Shown here: in pieces, positions 13,097-25,700 of the stretch
How the letters are laid out: every line of letters starts with the position of its first letter
Numbering within the stretch: position 1 is the first letter of the stretch
From: Vicugna vicugna
Lineage: Eukaryota
Direction: 5' to 3'
Assembly: GCA_013265495.1 (NCBI GenBank)
Contig: MU058384.1
Location: 1,737,690 to 1,801,689, forward strand
Length of the DNA: 64,000 bases
Made by a program: the position numbers and the translations under genes
The notes under the pieces: generated by a model
What the model was told of the DNA's origin: nothing
The model's database searches: none
Seen by the model: the letters and a program-made list of their open reading frames with translations, nothing else

Positions 13097-13650
13097 TTTT
13101 TTTTACATTTTTTATTGATTCATAATCATTTTACAGTGTTGTGTCAAATTCCAGTGTTCAGCACAATTTTTCAGTCATTCATGGACATATACACACTCAT
13201 TGTCACATTTTTTTCTCTGTGATTTATCATAACATTTTGTGTATATTTCCCTGTGCTATACAGTGTAATCTTGTTTATCTATTCTACAATTTTGAAATCC
13301 CATTCTATCCCTTCCCACCCTCTACCTCCCCCCGCCCCGGTAACCACAAGTCTGTATTCTCTGTCCATGAGTCTATTTCTGTCCTGTATTTATGCTTTGT
13401 TTTTGTTTGTTTGTTTGTTTTTGTTTTTTAGATTCCACATATGAGCGATCTCATATGGTATTTTTCTTTCTCTTTCTGGCTTACTTCACTTAGAATGACA
13501 TTCTCTAGGAGCATCCATGTTGCTGCAAATGGCATTATGTTGTCGGTTTTTATGGCTGAGTAGTACTCCATTGTATAAATATACCACATCTTCTTTATCC
13601 AGTCACCTGTTGATGGACATTTAGGTTGTTTCCATGTTTTGGCTATTGTT
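13097..13650 (-). mobile_element. Young, 5'-truncated camelid-type L1 with target-site duplication
   Basis: ORF 13428-13691(-) includes the intact L1 ORF2 C-terminus TIAKTWKQPKCPSTGDWIKKMWYIYTMEYYSAIK...ILSEVSQKEKEKYHMRSLICGI. Poly-T at 13097 and flanking direct repeats. Confidence 0.95.
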
Positions 13651-16600
13651 TTCCGTGTTTCCGTGTTTTGTACTATTGATGTTTCTGTCAATTTTTCTTA
13701 CAGCCTCTTGTAAAATCATCATATCTAATTTACCAGGAGGTCATGTCTACTCTATTACCAGCTTTTGCAAACTTTTTCCTGAATCTGCTTCTAGCTCCAA
13801 CGTACATTTTTAAAGATAATAAACTCAGGAAGTTTATCTTCCAGACTTGCAGATTTTCAGGGCATTTACATTTCAGAGTCCTAATTTTTATGAGCAGGTA
13901 TTTTTACAAGGTGTTTCTAACTAGTCATCTATTCTTTATTTTCAGGTGCTTATTCGTTTTTTCCTAGGCTGAGATGAGCTTTTCCCATACAGAGCGCTTC
14001 CGCCCTCCCCCTACCATACTCCTTAAGTACATACTCTCTCCTGCATTATCCCGGCCTTTCTCTTCCTCCTTTCATACCCTGCGAGGAGCAGTAAAGAGAC
14101 CAGCCTCACCCTGCAACCTTTGGTCTGAGCCATCTACTGCTTTCAAAATCACTATCCACCCGTTTTCAACCTCGGGCCTGGATGACAGCAGACAGGAGAA
14201 GGGGAGCTGCTGATTGCTAAGCAAGCATCACAGTAACAAGGACAAGTTTAGGGGGCTGTGCCTCTGTGCCCACCCCACAACCCACAAAGATGGAATGAAT
14301 TTCTGCTTCTTCCTGCAGACTTTGAGTTCAAGGCAGAAGATCAAAATAGCAGAGCTGCACATGCTTTGCCCAGATGACATATGGATACCTGTGAGTGTAC
14401 TCCCAGCCCAGCAAAGGATCTATAAATACAAGAAGTACAAGGCATCAACATGGGTAGAGAGATAGATACCTATTAAAGTCACAGGAGCAAGCAGTTGAAA
14501 ACCAGCCCTCTTTCGTGCTATGAGTTTATTCAGCACCCAGGACTTACAGGTCTTTAATCTCTTAACACAGCACCTGTAAGAGAGCTTACTTGGATAGAGT
14601 ATTTCTGGACCAGTCAGCTAACGATCAAGAGCAAAGAGTTAACATAGATAGGGACATTGGGAGAATTATGGTCAACCCAATTTGTATCTATCACATCCTA
14701 AAATATCAGCTCCTACTTAAGAGAAAAATCTTTGTTGGTCACCCTCGCACAGCACCCTCCTAACTGATACGTGTTTTTCTAGCAAACTTCTTAAACACCC
14801 TTGTCCTTGGACAACAGTGAAGACAAAAACTGTTGAGCTGCTAGATTTCTTCCAGTCTTTGGGGAAATCAAAGGAAAACAAACAACTTGGAAAAATCATC
14901 AGTTAAAATTTGGTATGCAAGTAAGATAGGTGACCTCCTCACTGTGGGTATTTATAAAGTGGCGATAATTATATTTCTCTCTTAGAACTGTTGTGAAGAT
15001 TGAATGACACAGCTAATGTAAAGCACAAAGCATATTACCTCGAAAGAGCTCAAAAACCATGAGCTGTAATTATGCACGCATGTATATTTGTTATCTTTAA
15101 GACGTATTGCTTAGCCAGGAAGTACACCAACAAGATCACCCTTACCTCGGTAGGTAGACAGCTAGGTTTTCATCGAATCTTTGTTCCTTCATGCTATGAA
15201 TTAGAACATTAGAGTGTGTAGTCACCAAAGGTCCCTTGGTGTTGCTTAGGCTCCCTGTTGACTGGAACCCTGATTTCATCCATCTGTCTGGGTCTTCAGC
15301 TCTCTCAAGGTCTCTGCTGCACCCTAGGTCCCCTCCCCTCTTCTATGGCTGATATTCAAAGGTCCACAATAAACAAACATTTTATTTGCTCCTAAATCTT
15401 ATCGGAAGGCATCTTACCAACCTGAGGGAAACTACTCATCTGGCAGGGGCACTCTGACTGTGGAAAATTACTGATCCACTCCGAGCTATATAAAAATCCA
15501 TTCGTAAAAATCCTAAGAAGAGCAAACACTTCCCCTGGCAAGTTCTCCAGCAGGGTCCTTGGCTGGGAGGAGCAGCCACCCTCTCTAGGCACCAACCAAA
15601 AGGCCGGTCCGGAGCGGTGACAAATCTGGAATCCTCTGGCAGACTCCAGGCCAGGGCCTACTGCACAAAGGGGGCCCTTCTTACTAGCTCAGCACTGAGT
15701 CTGAACGCACTGAGGCATTAGTTTTGGCTGTAAGGGAAAAGCCAATGTGGAAAATATAATCTGATGGACAGGATTTGAAATGAAAGACACAATACTGCCC
15801 AAGCTTCCAGGGCCTAAACCTTTACAGGGCAGAAGCATAAACCCTTTTTGGAAGTTGAGACCAGGACACAATGTGATACCTCAGCAGAAGCTCAAGAGTA
15901 GCAAGGGGTTTGAACATTGAAAGACTAACTCCAGTTTTCACACTGTGAATCACCAAAATCTAAATAAAGAGGAAAAGGTGTATCAGCCAGCATTTACCTT
16001 GCCGAGCCTGCACTGAAAAACTCTCCTGGTGCCTGCGGCACTCTCTCACAAAGATGAATAAGACAAGTCCTGGCCCTTGAGGAGTTTGTACCTGGTAGGG
16101 GAGGCTGGCAGGTAACTAAAATATAAGCCTTAGTACGAGAAGTGCCAAAAGCTGTCACAAGCAAGGAGCAGCAGGCGCAGATAGCTCTAATCTCCAGGGC
16201 TGCCATGAGCTTCCTCCCAGGAGCGGGGTCACCCCATCTGGGTCCTGGAAAGACAGCAGGACTTTGAGAGGAGGAGGGCTGTCCAGGCCGAGCGTAAACA
16301 GAGGCAGCTCAGAAAGGGAAGAACAGGGTGTGGCAAGGAACCGGGCTCAGCCTGGCCGGGGCAGCAGCTGAGCTGAGCGGGGGTGGGGGGCTGGGGATGG
16401 TCTGAACATCCAGGAAGACTGGCCTTGATTCCTTGGGCCTTTCAATCATTGCAGTTCTGCTTCTACAAGGAAAGGCTCTCCAATGGGTGTCAAGAATGAA
16501 ACTGGAGTCAGGGAGAGAACTGAAATGTGTATCTTTGCATATGTATTTTTTTTCTTTTTTGCCACTTGAAGAAATAATCACACATGCAAATTGACAATTG

Positions 16601-16980
16601 GCCAGTAATGTATCCAGCCAGCACTTATTTTTGAGCATATATTTACACTCCACAGCAGCAACTCTCCACTGTAGGGGATCCTTCCATCCCTGCTGGACAC
16701 ATTCCATTAGACTGAGAGGCCAAAGGTGGCACCTCTGTGTCCAAGGGCACCCTGACAACCCTATGGAGTTCACTCTCCTCCAGTCCAAGGAGGCTCACGC
16801 CCTTCGCTGTACCCAGCTCACTGAGTGTGAAGTAGAGGGAGGTCTTTGATGTGATGAAAAAAGGTGATGTGATGAAGGTAATGAAAACAAAAAACCTACT
16901 GCTTTGTAGGGCCCTATCAGACCAGATCAGCTTTTGTCTTACAGATTTTCTCTCATGTGTTCATGACACATGGAAGACTA

Positions 16981-18085
16981 ACCTTCAGTGCAAAAGGGTC
17001 ATTATTATCACTGCCAGTGCACAAGTCCTCATAATTATTTTTTATTTTGTTTCTGTTCGGTTTTTGTTTGGTTTACTGGGTTTCCTCCATGTGTTTTTGA
17101 TGCAAGTAAAATTTAAGGAATAATTCTATGGGGATGTTATTAAGTACTTAGCTTTTTTTTTTTAATGTCATAAAATCGCAATCCCATGCCTTGTTGCTAA
17201 AATGGAAACTATTTTGATGACAATTTAAACATGAAATATCCAGCAGAGACAAATCATGATTATTTATAAAAGGCTCTATCAAGAAATTATTTACTTCTTT
17301 GGGCAATTTCCACTTTGCTCATGATTTAAGTCTTAAGAGTACATTTACCTAGCTATTCACACAGAATTAATGGAGCTGTTTCTTACTATGTTTTTGATAG
17401 CACAGCATGTCGAATCTGACTCCCGACTTACTTTCCCTAGTTATTTGTAAGCTTTCCTCGCCTCTGTTTTATTTCTTTTGCAGAGCCGTTCTTCATTTCA
17501 TTAGGGAGGCAACATAGGGAGGGTTAGATGTGGACCTTCAGTGCAAAAGGGTCATTATTATCACTGCCAGTGCACAAGTCCTCATAATTATTTTTTATTT
17601 TGTTTCTGTTCGGTTTTTGTTTGGTTTACTGGGTTTCCTCCATGTATTTTTGATGCAAATAAAATTTAAGGAATAATTCTATGGGGATGTTATTAAGTAC
17701 TTAGCTTTTTTTTTTAATGTCATAAAATCGCAATCCCATGCCTTGTTGCTAAAACGGAAACTATTTTGATGACAATTTAAACATGAAATATCCAGCAGAG
17801 ACAAATCATGATTATTTATAAAAGGCTCTATCAAGAAATTATTTACTTCTTTGGGCAATTTCCACTTTGCTCATGATTTAAGTCTTAAGAGTACATTTAC
17901 CTAGCTATTCACACAGAATTAATGGAGCTGTTTCTTACTATGTTTTTGATAGCACAGCATGTCGAATCTGACTCCCGACTTACTTTCCCTAGTTATTTGT
18001 AAGCTTTCCTCGCCTCTGTTTTATTTCTTTTGCAGAGCCGTTCTTCATTTCATTAGGGAGGCAACATGGGGAGGGTTAGATGTGG
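16981..18085. repeat. Head-to-tail tandem duplication of a 553/552-bp unit
   Basis: Copy 1 is 16981-17533 and copy 2 is 17534-18085. Both begin ACCTTCAGTGCAAAAGGGTC and end GGGTTAGATGTGG. Confidence 0.97.
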
Positions 18086-18844
18086 ATTGTGAATGTTCTC
18101 TAATGCCGAAACCCTTGTCCTGGAGCAAGTGCTAATCACTCAGATTACAAGAATAAGAAGAGTAATTTGTACTTGTCGCCTGGAGAAGCTCTTGTCTAGG
18201 GATATCAAGTACTGTCCTTTCCCTCTGATGCAGAACAAAGACATGGGATCTTGATGGGACCTTTATACTTGCTCAAAGCGCCCCTGTTTTCCAAACTGAC
18301 TTTGTCTCCTCAGTGTGGACTTCAGTGTGCTCTTACTAGCCATCAAATTAAGAGGGAAGCAGTTGACTATCAGATGGGCCATTGGCCGGAAACTATCTCT
18401 GTGGTGGTGATGGCAAAGAAAGTTCTGGCACAGCAGTCCAGAGTGAAGGAGAGATTTATGAGAGATGAAGCTCAAAGAGTATTCACTGTTTCTCCAGCAC
18501 ACTTGCATGTCAGGTGAGCATGGTTGATCATCTAATTCCCAAACCAGTAGACTTTTAAAGGGCAAACAGTCACACCACAACACTGAAAGAGATCAGCCTC
18601 AAGGCAGGCTATGTCACTTTCAGCCACCAGTTCAAATGAGCCTGTCTTGAAATGAACAGTGGTAAAGAGAATGTGTTTCCCACCACACCACACGTGAAGA
18701 GCCGACACCTTCATGACGCACCGCAAGCTGTTCATACTGTATGAAGTCCCAATGGGCAAATAAACCTGTCACATATAAATTTCATTCCCAAGAAAGCTTT
18801 ATTACCGAACTTAGGATAAAAAGGTAGGGGAAAAAAAGATAGAA

Positions 18845-19090
18845 ACTGACATTTTTCTGATTATGTTCTATCTAAATGTCAGGCACTTTCTCCATCACCC
18901 TTTTAAATCCCTAAAAAATTGTAAGAGGAACTTTTCCTCCATTTTACAGAAAAAAAGAATTTAAGTTTCATAAAAGTAAACTAAATAGGCCAAAGTCACA
19001 CAGCTAATAAAACATCATGTCAGGGTCCAAACCCAAGACTCTCTTGTTTGAAAGCCCATCTTCCCTCCAAGGAACCACACTGCCTAAGTT
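18845..19090 (-). mobile_element. MIR SINE
   Basis: CCATTTTACAGAAAAA...CCAAAGTCACACAGCTAATA...AAACCCAAG. Confidence 0.65.
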
Positions 19091-19600
19091 TAATCTGTTG
19101 TATTTAATTAAATATATTAGATGTATATTCTAAAAAAGAGAAGAGGGTGGTAAAGACATGAAGCTAGAAATCTCCCAGTTTTTCACGTTACTGATAAGAG
19201 CAGTGTTCCAGATTACTGAGGATAGGGAATAAAACAAACATCATTTATATTTGGTGTGTTAGGACACAGTACACAATCGTATCTTTACAACAGCATAAGG
19301 AGGACACTTACCTACCTTAATATGTTTAGTATGTTCTGGTTGTACTAATACTGAAATTAGACTATGTGCGTTGAGCACGTAGCAATTGATGAAAAGGTAC
19401 CCAAGAACTTTCCTAGAGAACCAATCTGGGAACAAAGCTTCACCATAAATTCCTAGAGCAGGAAGAAAAATGCCCTGTGCTGGGGCCGGGGGGGAACAAT
19501 GCAAAATAATTCAGAGATAAAACTTTCACCTGTACAGCCTGTCAAATAATATACTCTGAACATGCACACAACTAAATTCCCCAGGGAGTGCAGGAAATCC

Positions 19601-19621
19601 TGTGTGTGTGTGTGTGTGTGT
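19601..19621. repeat. (TG)10 microsatellite
   Basis: TGTGTGTGTGTGTGTGTGTGT. Confidence 0.95.
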
Positions 19622-20459
19622 CCCATTTGTCCACTGAAGAAGACTTACCTATGTTACACCCAAGGATGTGACCCATTTCCAGAAGATGCAGTTGATGTTA
19701 AATCTCAGAAGGTGGGCAACAAGAGATTGGAGCAGAGTTTGATAATATTCACCGATATCATTAGAGCCTAGGGAATAAAAAAAAAAAAGATTGTGCACTT
19801 CACCAATTTTAGGCTGTGGGAAAAAATCCCTACACCACTATGGGCAGGGTAGTTCACAACCTCTGTAAGGAAATCTTGTGGCCTCTAAGGATAACCCTGG
19901 TATCAGGAACGACAGTGGTGACCATCAAACACATCTGTTCTCTCTACCTAAACAAATCACCATATAGGAAGTTCCCAATAAATAGCCAGGTTTGTTTTAA
20001 ATATTTGGTTTGAAGTCAATTGTTTGAAATTTCTAACACTTTTTCCTACAGAGAAAAATGATGAAAATACTTCCAATAAAAGTCTGTAAAAGAATACTGA
20101 GAAAAAGTCAACACACCAAGCTTTGTAAAGAATCTTTTAACCTCGGTTTTCTCATCTGTAAAATGGGGATAAAAATACCCTCAATGTCCACTTCAGAGAA
20201 GTATTGAAAGGAAAATTTAGAAACTGTGTCATAGAGCAGCTACAAGGCATTTTAACATGAACTCATAACAATGTTAAACTATAGGATGAAATTAGCCTCA
20301 AAGAATACTCCAGTGATGCTGGTAATAGGAAAGAAAAAACTAAAGAATAAGAAATTGTAATGAGGGGAAATATCGGGGAGTATTCTGAATGCTGGAAGTA
20401 GAGGAAAAAGCAAAGGAGGAAGATGAAATATTCTTTTGTTTTTTACTCCTTGCTGCCAT

Positions 20460-20645
20460 CACCTTGCTTAACACTTTAAACTTACTTATTGTCTTTATCA
20501 TGTGTTGTCTGTCTCCTCTGCTAGACTGAACACTCCCTGAGTGCGGGGATGTTAGGTACTTCACTCACTGATGCACCCCAAGCACGTAGCACAGTTCCTG
20601 GCATGTCATAATGACTCAGTAAATATTCTCTGACAAGTGAATGTA
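20460..20645 (+). mobile_element. L2 3' end
   Basis: CTAGACTG...CCCAAGCACGTAGCACAGTTCCTGGCA...CTCAGTAAATATT...GTGAATG. Confidence 0.7.
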
Positions 20646-22596
20646 TCATGTGATAATGATGCAAGGTGCCCAGTGTACCATTCAAGAAAGACCGATGGAA
20701 CAAATTTCTTTGGGCCATTTCCTTAACAAACATTCCGAGGGAAACCGGGCGACTGCATTCCTTCAGTCAGGGCTTTGTGATCACGAGGAATTTGGGATTG
20801 CTCTGGGCTTGGGCAGATCTTCAGGAGCTGGGTTTTGCTTTCTGAATGGTGGCCACATCACGTTTCATTGTGAATCTTTGCAGGGTGAGCAGTTCAGTCA
20901 CCCCTTTTTCACCCCATCTGCTCCTCCTCCCCCTTGGGGAGGGCAAGCTAACTGTGCTGATAACAACCTCCTCTTTGCTCCTTAATTAGAGGAACACCCA
21001 ACGCCCCCACAGGTCTTCCTCTTTCTTCCCCTGGGCCTGTTGATGCATTTTTCTCAGCAGGCTCCCACCCATTTTCCTAGAACTGCTGCCTTTTATCAAC
21101 AGCCACTGAACTGGGGGGGTAGGGAGCTGGTTGCTGGGTGCAGCCCTCCTGACAGCTCAATGAAGGGAGGGAGCTGCTGCCCACCTCTCTTTTAAGGGTG
21201 GGAAGAGAAGCTCAGGGTTTGCCATGCAGGAGGAACCAATCTCTCTGGGATCCAGCTCCCCAGCCCTGCTGAAGAAATTTGTGTTCCAAAGCCCTGCTCC
21301 TAACCAACGTTTCTGATTTAACTCATAGGATTTTAAGCTATAAGAGACCTTAGAAAACAAATTCAGCCCCCTCATTTTAGAAATGAAGAAACTGAAGCCC
21401 AGAGAGGGAAACCTGACTTGCCAAAGGGGGAGGCAGGGAGGCCTTTCCCACCTCAACCACAGCTTCCCTGCAGTGCAGGAGTGTCTGGGGAAAGTCAGAC
21501 ACACTTACTTCCTAAGAGTAAACACTAGCAGATTCACAGTGAAAGCACCAGCAAAAGGTTGCATGCATTTATAGAAATGAATCAGATTTTCATAATTTTT
21601 GAAATGCCTGTATCCAGATAAATCCAGTAGTAGATACTTGATTTATTTTTTAAAGGACTCTTTTTTTCAACAGGCTTTCCCAGCAGTTTGCTTTAAATAA
21701 CCTGTTCTCCCTAATGTACGTGAAATGTGGTTTTCATTTCCACACTTTGCTGCTATAAGCTCAGTGCACAATATAGTCGTGTAAGATGTAACTGAACTCA
21801 AAGCTTCTTGATGTAATCATTATAACGAATGAATGTCTACTTCAAGAGATGTGACTAAGTTTTCTAAAATTCCCATAATGGGTTAATAAAGTTAGGCTCT
21901 GAGTGGGGAGGTTGTTGGGGGGAGGAAGTATAGCTGAAATAAAGCAAGGAGATAAACAACTCCAAAGAAACATTTTTGCAAAAATAGGTTTTACAAGTTG
22001 GTGTTGTTGACGGAATAGGAGTTGCTTATAAAGTCTGAATTGGCAGATTCAAGAAACTGAGAAAAAAAAATTCAGAATGTTCAGACAATAATATTCTAGA
22101 GCTGAAAGGCCATGAAGATGTGTTATCTAGCCCAACTATTTCAAAATGTGCTTAAGAAATCAAGAGCCCAGAACAGGGACTATCTTGCCCAAGGTCAGTG
22201 ATGTCTGCTGCTTCCTAGTCAGATTCTCATTTTACCAGTTTTCACACACTGGGTGTAAAAAAAAGAAAGGAATAATAGGGTCAGACCAGAGAGGAGCATG
22301 GAATCTTCAGGAAGTATCATGAGTCCCACTCAACCAGTAGAGAAGCTCTCTCAAAATGTTTCTGTCAACTCTAGACAGTTCTGGCAAAAGAGTAAATGGA
22401 TCTTTTAGGATCACGGGGCACAAAGTATAAGCAGAGTCTGGGTGAGCAAGCAGGCCTCACTGGAGGCAAATTGATTTCCAGGGATTGAGACCAGCCGGTG
22501 CCTGGACAGGGAGAGACTGCCCACGGGACTGAGTGGGAGGTTTGCCAAATCCCCTACCAGAGTCCTGAAGTACGTTCCTGACAGCCTTGCCTCTAA

Positions 22597-22780
22597 GTCA
22601 GGGTTCTAAACACGGAGACTTTGGTCAGTGAAGATATTTTTGTTTTCACAACTGGGGAGGGGTGGGGGTTCTTTTGGCGTCTAGTGCATAGAGGCCAGGG
22701 GTGCTGTGAAACGTCTCTCCATCCTACAAAAAAGTATCGGGCCTCAAAGGTCAGTAGTACCAAGGCCCAGAAGGCTTACT
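22597..22780. mobile_element. MER20-like hAT-Charlie DNA transposon
   Basis: ATTTTTGTTTTCACAACTGGGG...GGCGTCTAGTGCATAGAGGCCAGGGGTGCTG...GTCAGTAGTACCAAGG. Confidence 0.7.
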
Positions 22781-23489
22781 CTCCTGGTACCTGTCAACGA
22801 GTGTTCTGCTCAGGTTCAGTGTTACTTCACCACATGCTCCCTTCTAAACCCAAGAAATCAAGTAACAGTTCTAAGGACTCATCCCTCTCTCTCTTCAGAT
22901 CTTTAGATTTTTACAGCCCCTTTCCTGCCGCCCCCCCCCCACAAAAAAACAGATGAGGAGGCAGAAGAACAGGAAGCAACAATTTAAATAAAAATACTTA
23001 GTGCTGAAAGTATATGCGTAGGAGAGACTATTTTCCATGTACTTATATTTTTCTTGCTCTTTGTTGTCGTTCCACCATCCTTGGTAAATTTGTTTTCATT
23101 TTAAGTGTTACAAGCAGTTATTATGTATTCCAGGCAGGGCTCCCAAGCTGTGACAATTTAAATGAGGGAGACTTTTTTTATAGGGAAAAAATGATAAAAG
23201 TATAAATGGTTTGTTGAAACACTGAAGAAAAGCTTACCTCAGAGAAAGAAATGCTTTTTTATGTCATCTTAATATTAATCCAAAATGAAAATGTCCTTCA
23301 TTTCAAAAGGGTAAGATTTGGCAGGTATAAGATATAAGGGGGCAAGGATATGTCCCCTCCACATTTAGAATTGCGTGACTCCTGAAAAGACTTTGAAATA
23401 AATAGTGTATAAGAAGCTACAAGTAATTTTTAAAATGGCTTAAATCTTTTATATGTTCAACTCAAAGGAATAGAAAAGCTCACAATGGC

Positions 23490-23690
23490 AGCATAGAAAG
23501 GACTTTGGATAAAGGACCTGAAAACTTGGGTTCTGGTCCAGGGTTATTACCGTGGCCCACAACCTTGGGTAAATAGTGTACTCCTGTATATTAATTTACT
23601 CTATAATTAAATAATAATAATAATAATAATACTTGCCTTAGAGAACTCATAAGGTTGTTATGAGGCTCAAAAGATATGTAAATGCAAATG
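23490..23690 (+). mobile_element. MIR SINE with internal (AAT)n expansion
   Basis: GACCTGAAAACTTGGGTTCTGGTCC...ACCTTGGGTAAAT...(AAT)n...CTCATAAGGTTGTTATGAGG. Confidence 0.65.
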
Positions 23691-23739
23691 TCAGCATGTA
23701 GCCTCCCCACTATTTTCCACACAGTGTCATCACTATAAC

Positions 23740-24359
23740 TCTTCTGTGCATGTGTCCAGAAAAGACAAAAACTGTAAATTCAAGAAGACATGCACACCCC
23801 AATATTCACAGCAGTACTATTTACAACAGCTAATACATGGAAGCAACCTAAGTGTCCATCAACAGATGAATGGATAAAGAAGATGCAGTGCGTTGTGTAT
23901 GTATGTATGTATGTGTGTATATATATGGGGGAATACTACTCGGCCATGAAAAAGAATGAAAATGCCATTTGCAGCAGCATAGATGGATCTAGAGATTGTC
24001 ATATTAAGTGAAGTAGGTCAGACAAGGAAAGACAAATATGCAATATCACATATGTGAAGTCTAGAAAAATAATACAAAGAATTTACTTACAAAATAGAAA
24101 CAGACTTATGTTTATCAAAGAGGAAAGAAGGGTGATAAATTACGAGTATGGGATTAACAGATACACACTACTGTATGTAAAATAGATAAGAAACAAGGAT
24201 TTACTGTATAGCACAGGGAACTATATTCAATATCTTATGATAACCTATAGTGGAAAACAGTATGAAAAAATATATGTATCTATAACTGAATCATTTTGCT
24301 TATACCTGAAACTAACACAATACTGTAAATCAACTATACTTCTATATTAAAAAAAAAAA
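23740..24359 (+). mobile_element. 5'-truncated L1 (ORF2 end, 3' UTR, poly-A)
   Basis: ORF 23790 reads TPIFTAVLFTTANTWKQPKCPSTDEWIKKM. The 3' UTR ends in an A-tail at 24349-24359. Confidence 0.92.
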
Positions 24360-24839
24360 GGTGAGGAACAACCACTGCTGGCAAACATTGTCAGTGTCAG
24401 ATTTAAATCTATAAAAAAGGAGAACTTTTGATTGATTACTTCTTGCACACTTTCCAAATTCCTTTTTATAATTCCAAAAAAAAATGTTTCATGTAAGGCA
24501 AGGAATTATTGGAGTAGGGTCACTATAGCCCAAATAAATATATTTACAGAATAAAGTCCTGACAAGTGGGCATGCCCCTAAAACCAAAATATTGAAAAGT
24601 TAACTACCGAAGAGAATACTTGCTTTCTTGAAATTTCTGACAAGCTTGTGAATGTGTGAATTAGCAAGGTATGATTCTTACAGTTCTGAAGGGGTCAAGC
24701 AGTGGGATGTATTCACTTTGTAAAGTGGCTCTAAATCTCATTGGTTGTGTCACAGCATTAACATGAGTTGGGAATATGTCTTTGGTTTTCAGAGATTCAG
24801 TAGGGATGATACAAAGAAAAAGTTATTATTAAGGGAAAG

Positions 24840-25700
24840 AAAAAAAGCAGCACTAGATGATATGATAAAGGGACATATCCCAAAAGAGGGAAAGAGGTTT
24901 CTACAGCATTTGGAAGTTGTTATTTGCTTATGTGCCTTTGGTATGTTTAATGCAGAATTTTATGGAGGCAACAAAATGGTGGACAAAGGAAAACTAGAGG
25001 ATGTAATTTATTTAGGCTCTCAAAGGGCTTTTGATGAAGTCCTACACACAAGACTGTAAAGGAAACTTTCTAACCACTGGGCAAGAGGCAAACAGCTGTC
25101 AATCACTGGTTAAAAGTGAGTGAAGAGAGAGGGAGAACGAAAGGATAAATAACCAGCTCTCAGCATGGAAGAGAGTTAATAGTGGGGTGTCAGCCGTTGG
25201 TACATGAGTGGTGTCCCCCAGGATGTTTATTAACACCCTTGAAAATGGACTAAATAATGAGGTGCTGAAATCTGCTGACTAAATAAAACTATTTTGGTTC
25301 CCTAAGTCTATACAGATGGATGTGAGAAACACAGAATCCAAACTCAGTAATTGGGCAAAACAGTGGCAGATGAAACTCAGAGCAGACAAGTGCAAAGTAA
25401 TGCATGTTGGAAGTAGCAATTTAAATTACTCATCCACTCGGGTGAGTTCTGAATTAGCTCTAAACTTACAGGGAGAAGATTTAGGCTCATGGAAGACATC
25501 TTAATGAAGATGTACACATGATGCTCAGCAGAGTTTTAAAAAGAGAGAGAGAGAAAGCAAATACACTGTTAAATTGCTGTAAGAGTGAAAGAGAATATAT
25601 TCCAGTGCCATTACAGAAATCAGTGGTGCACTCTTGTTCTACATTCAGTTAAAATCATCTCATTTCCAAAGGAAGATGGTAAAAAACAGAAAGAAACATC
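24840..25700 (+). mobile_element. Ancient CR1/L3 LINE, reverse transcriptase region
   Basis: Peptides VDKGKLEDVIYLGSQRAFDEVLHTRL and LSNWAKQWQMKLRADKCKVMHVG...EDLG match the CR1 RT motifs VD.G..VD.IYLDF.KAFD.VPH.RL and W...WQMKFN.DKCKVMHLG. Confidence 0.85.

Noticed and set aside
24745..25504. RT-like peptides as a novel reverse-transcriptase system
   Set aside because: They are interrupted CR1 fossils; the catalytic ADD motif is destroyed (GCTGACTAA).
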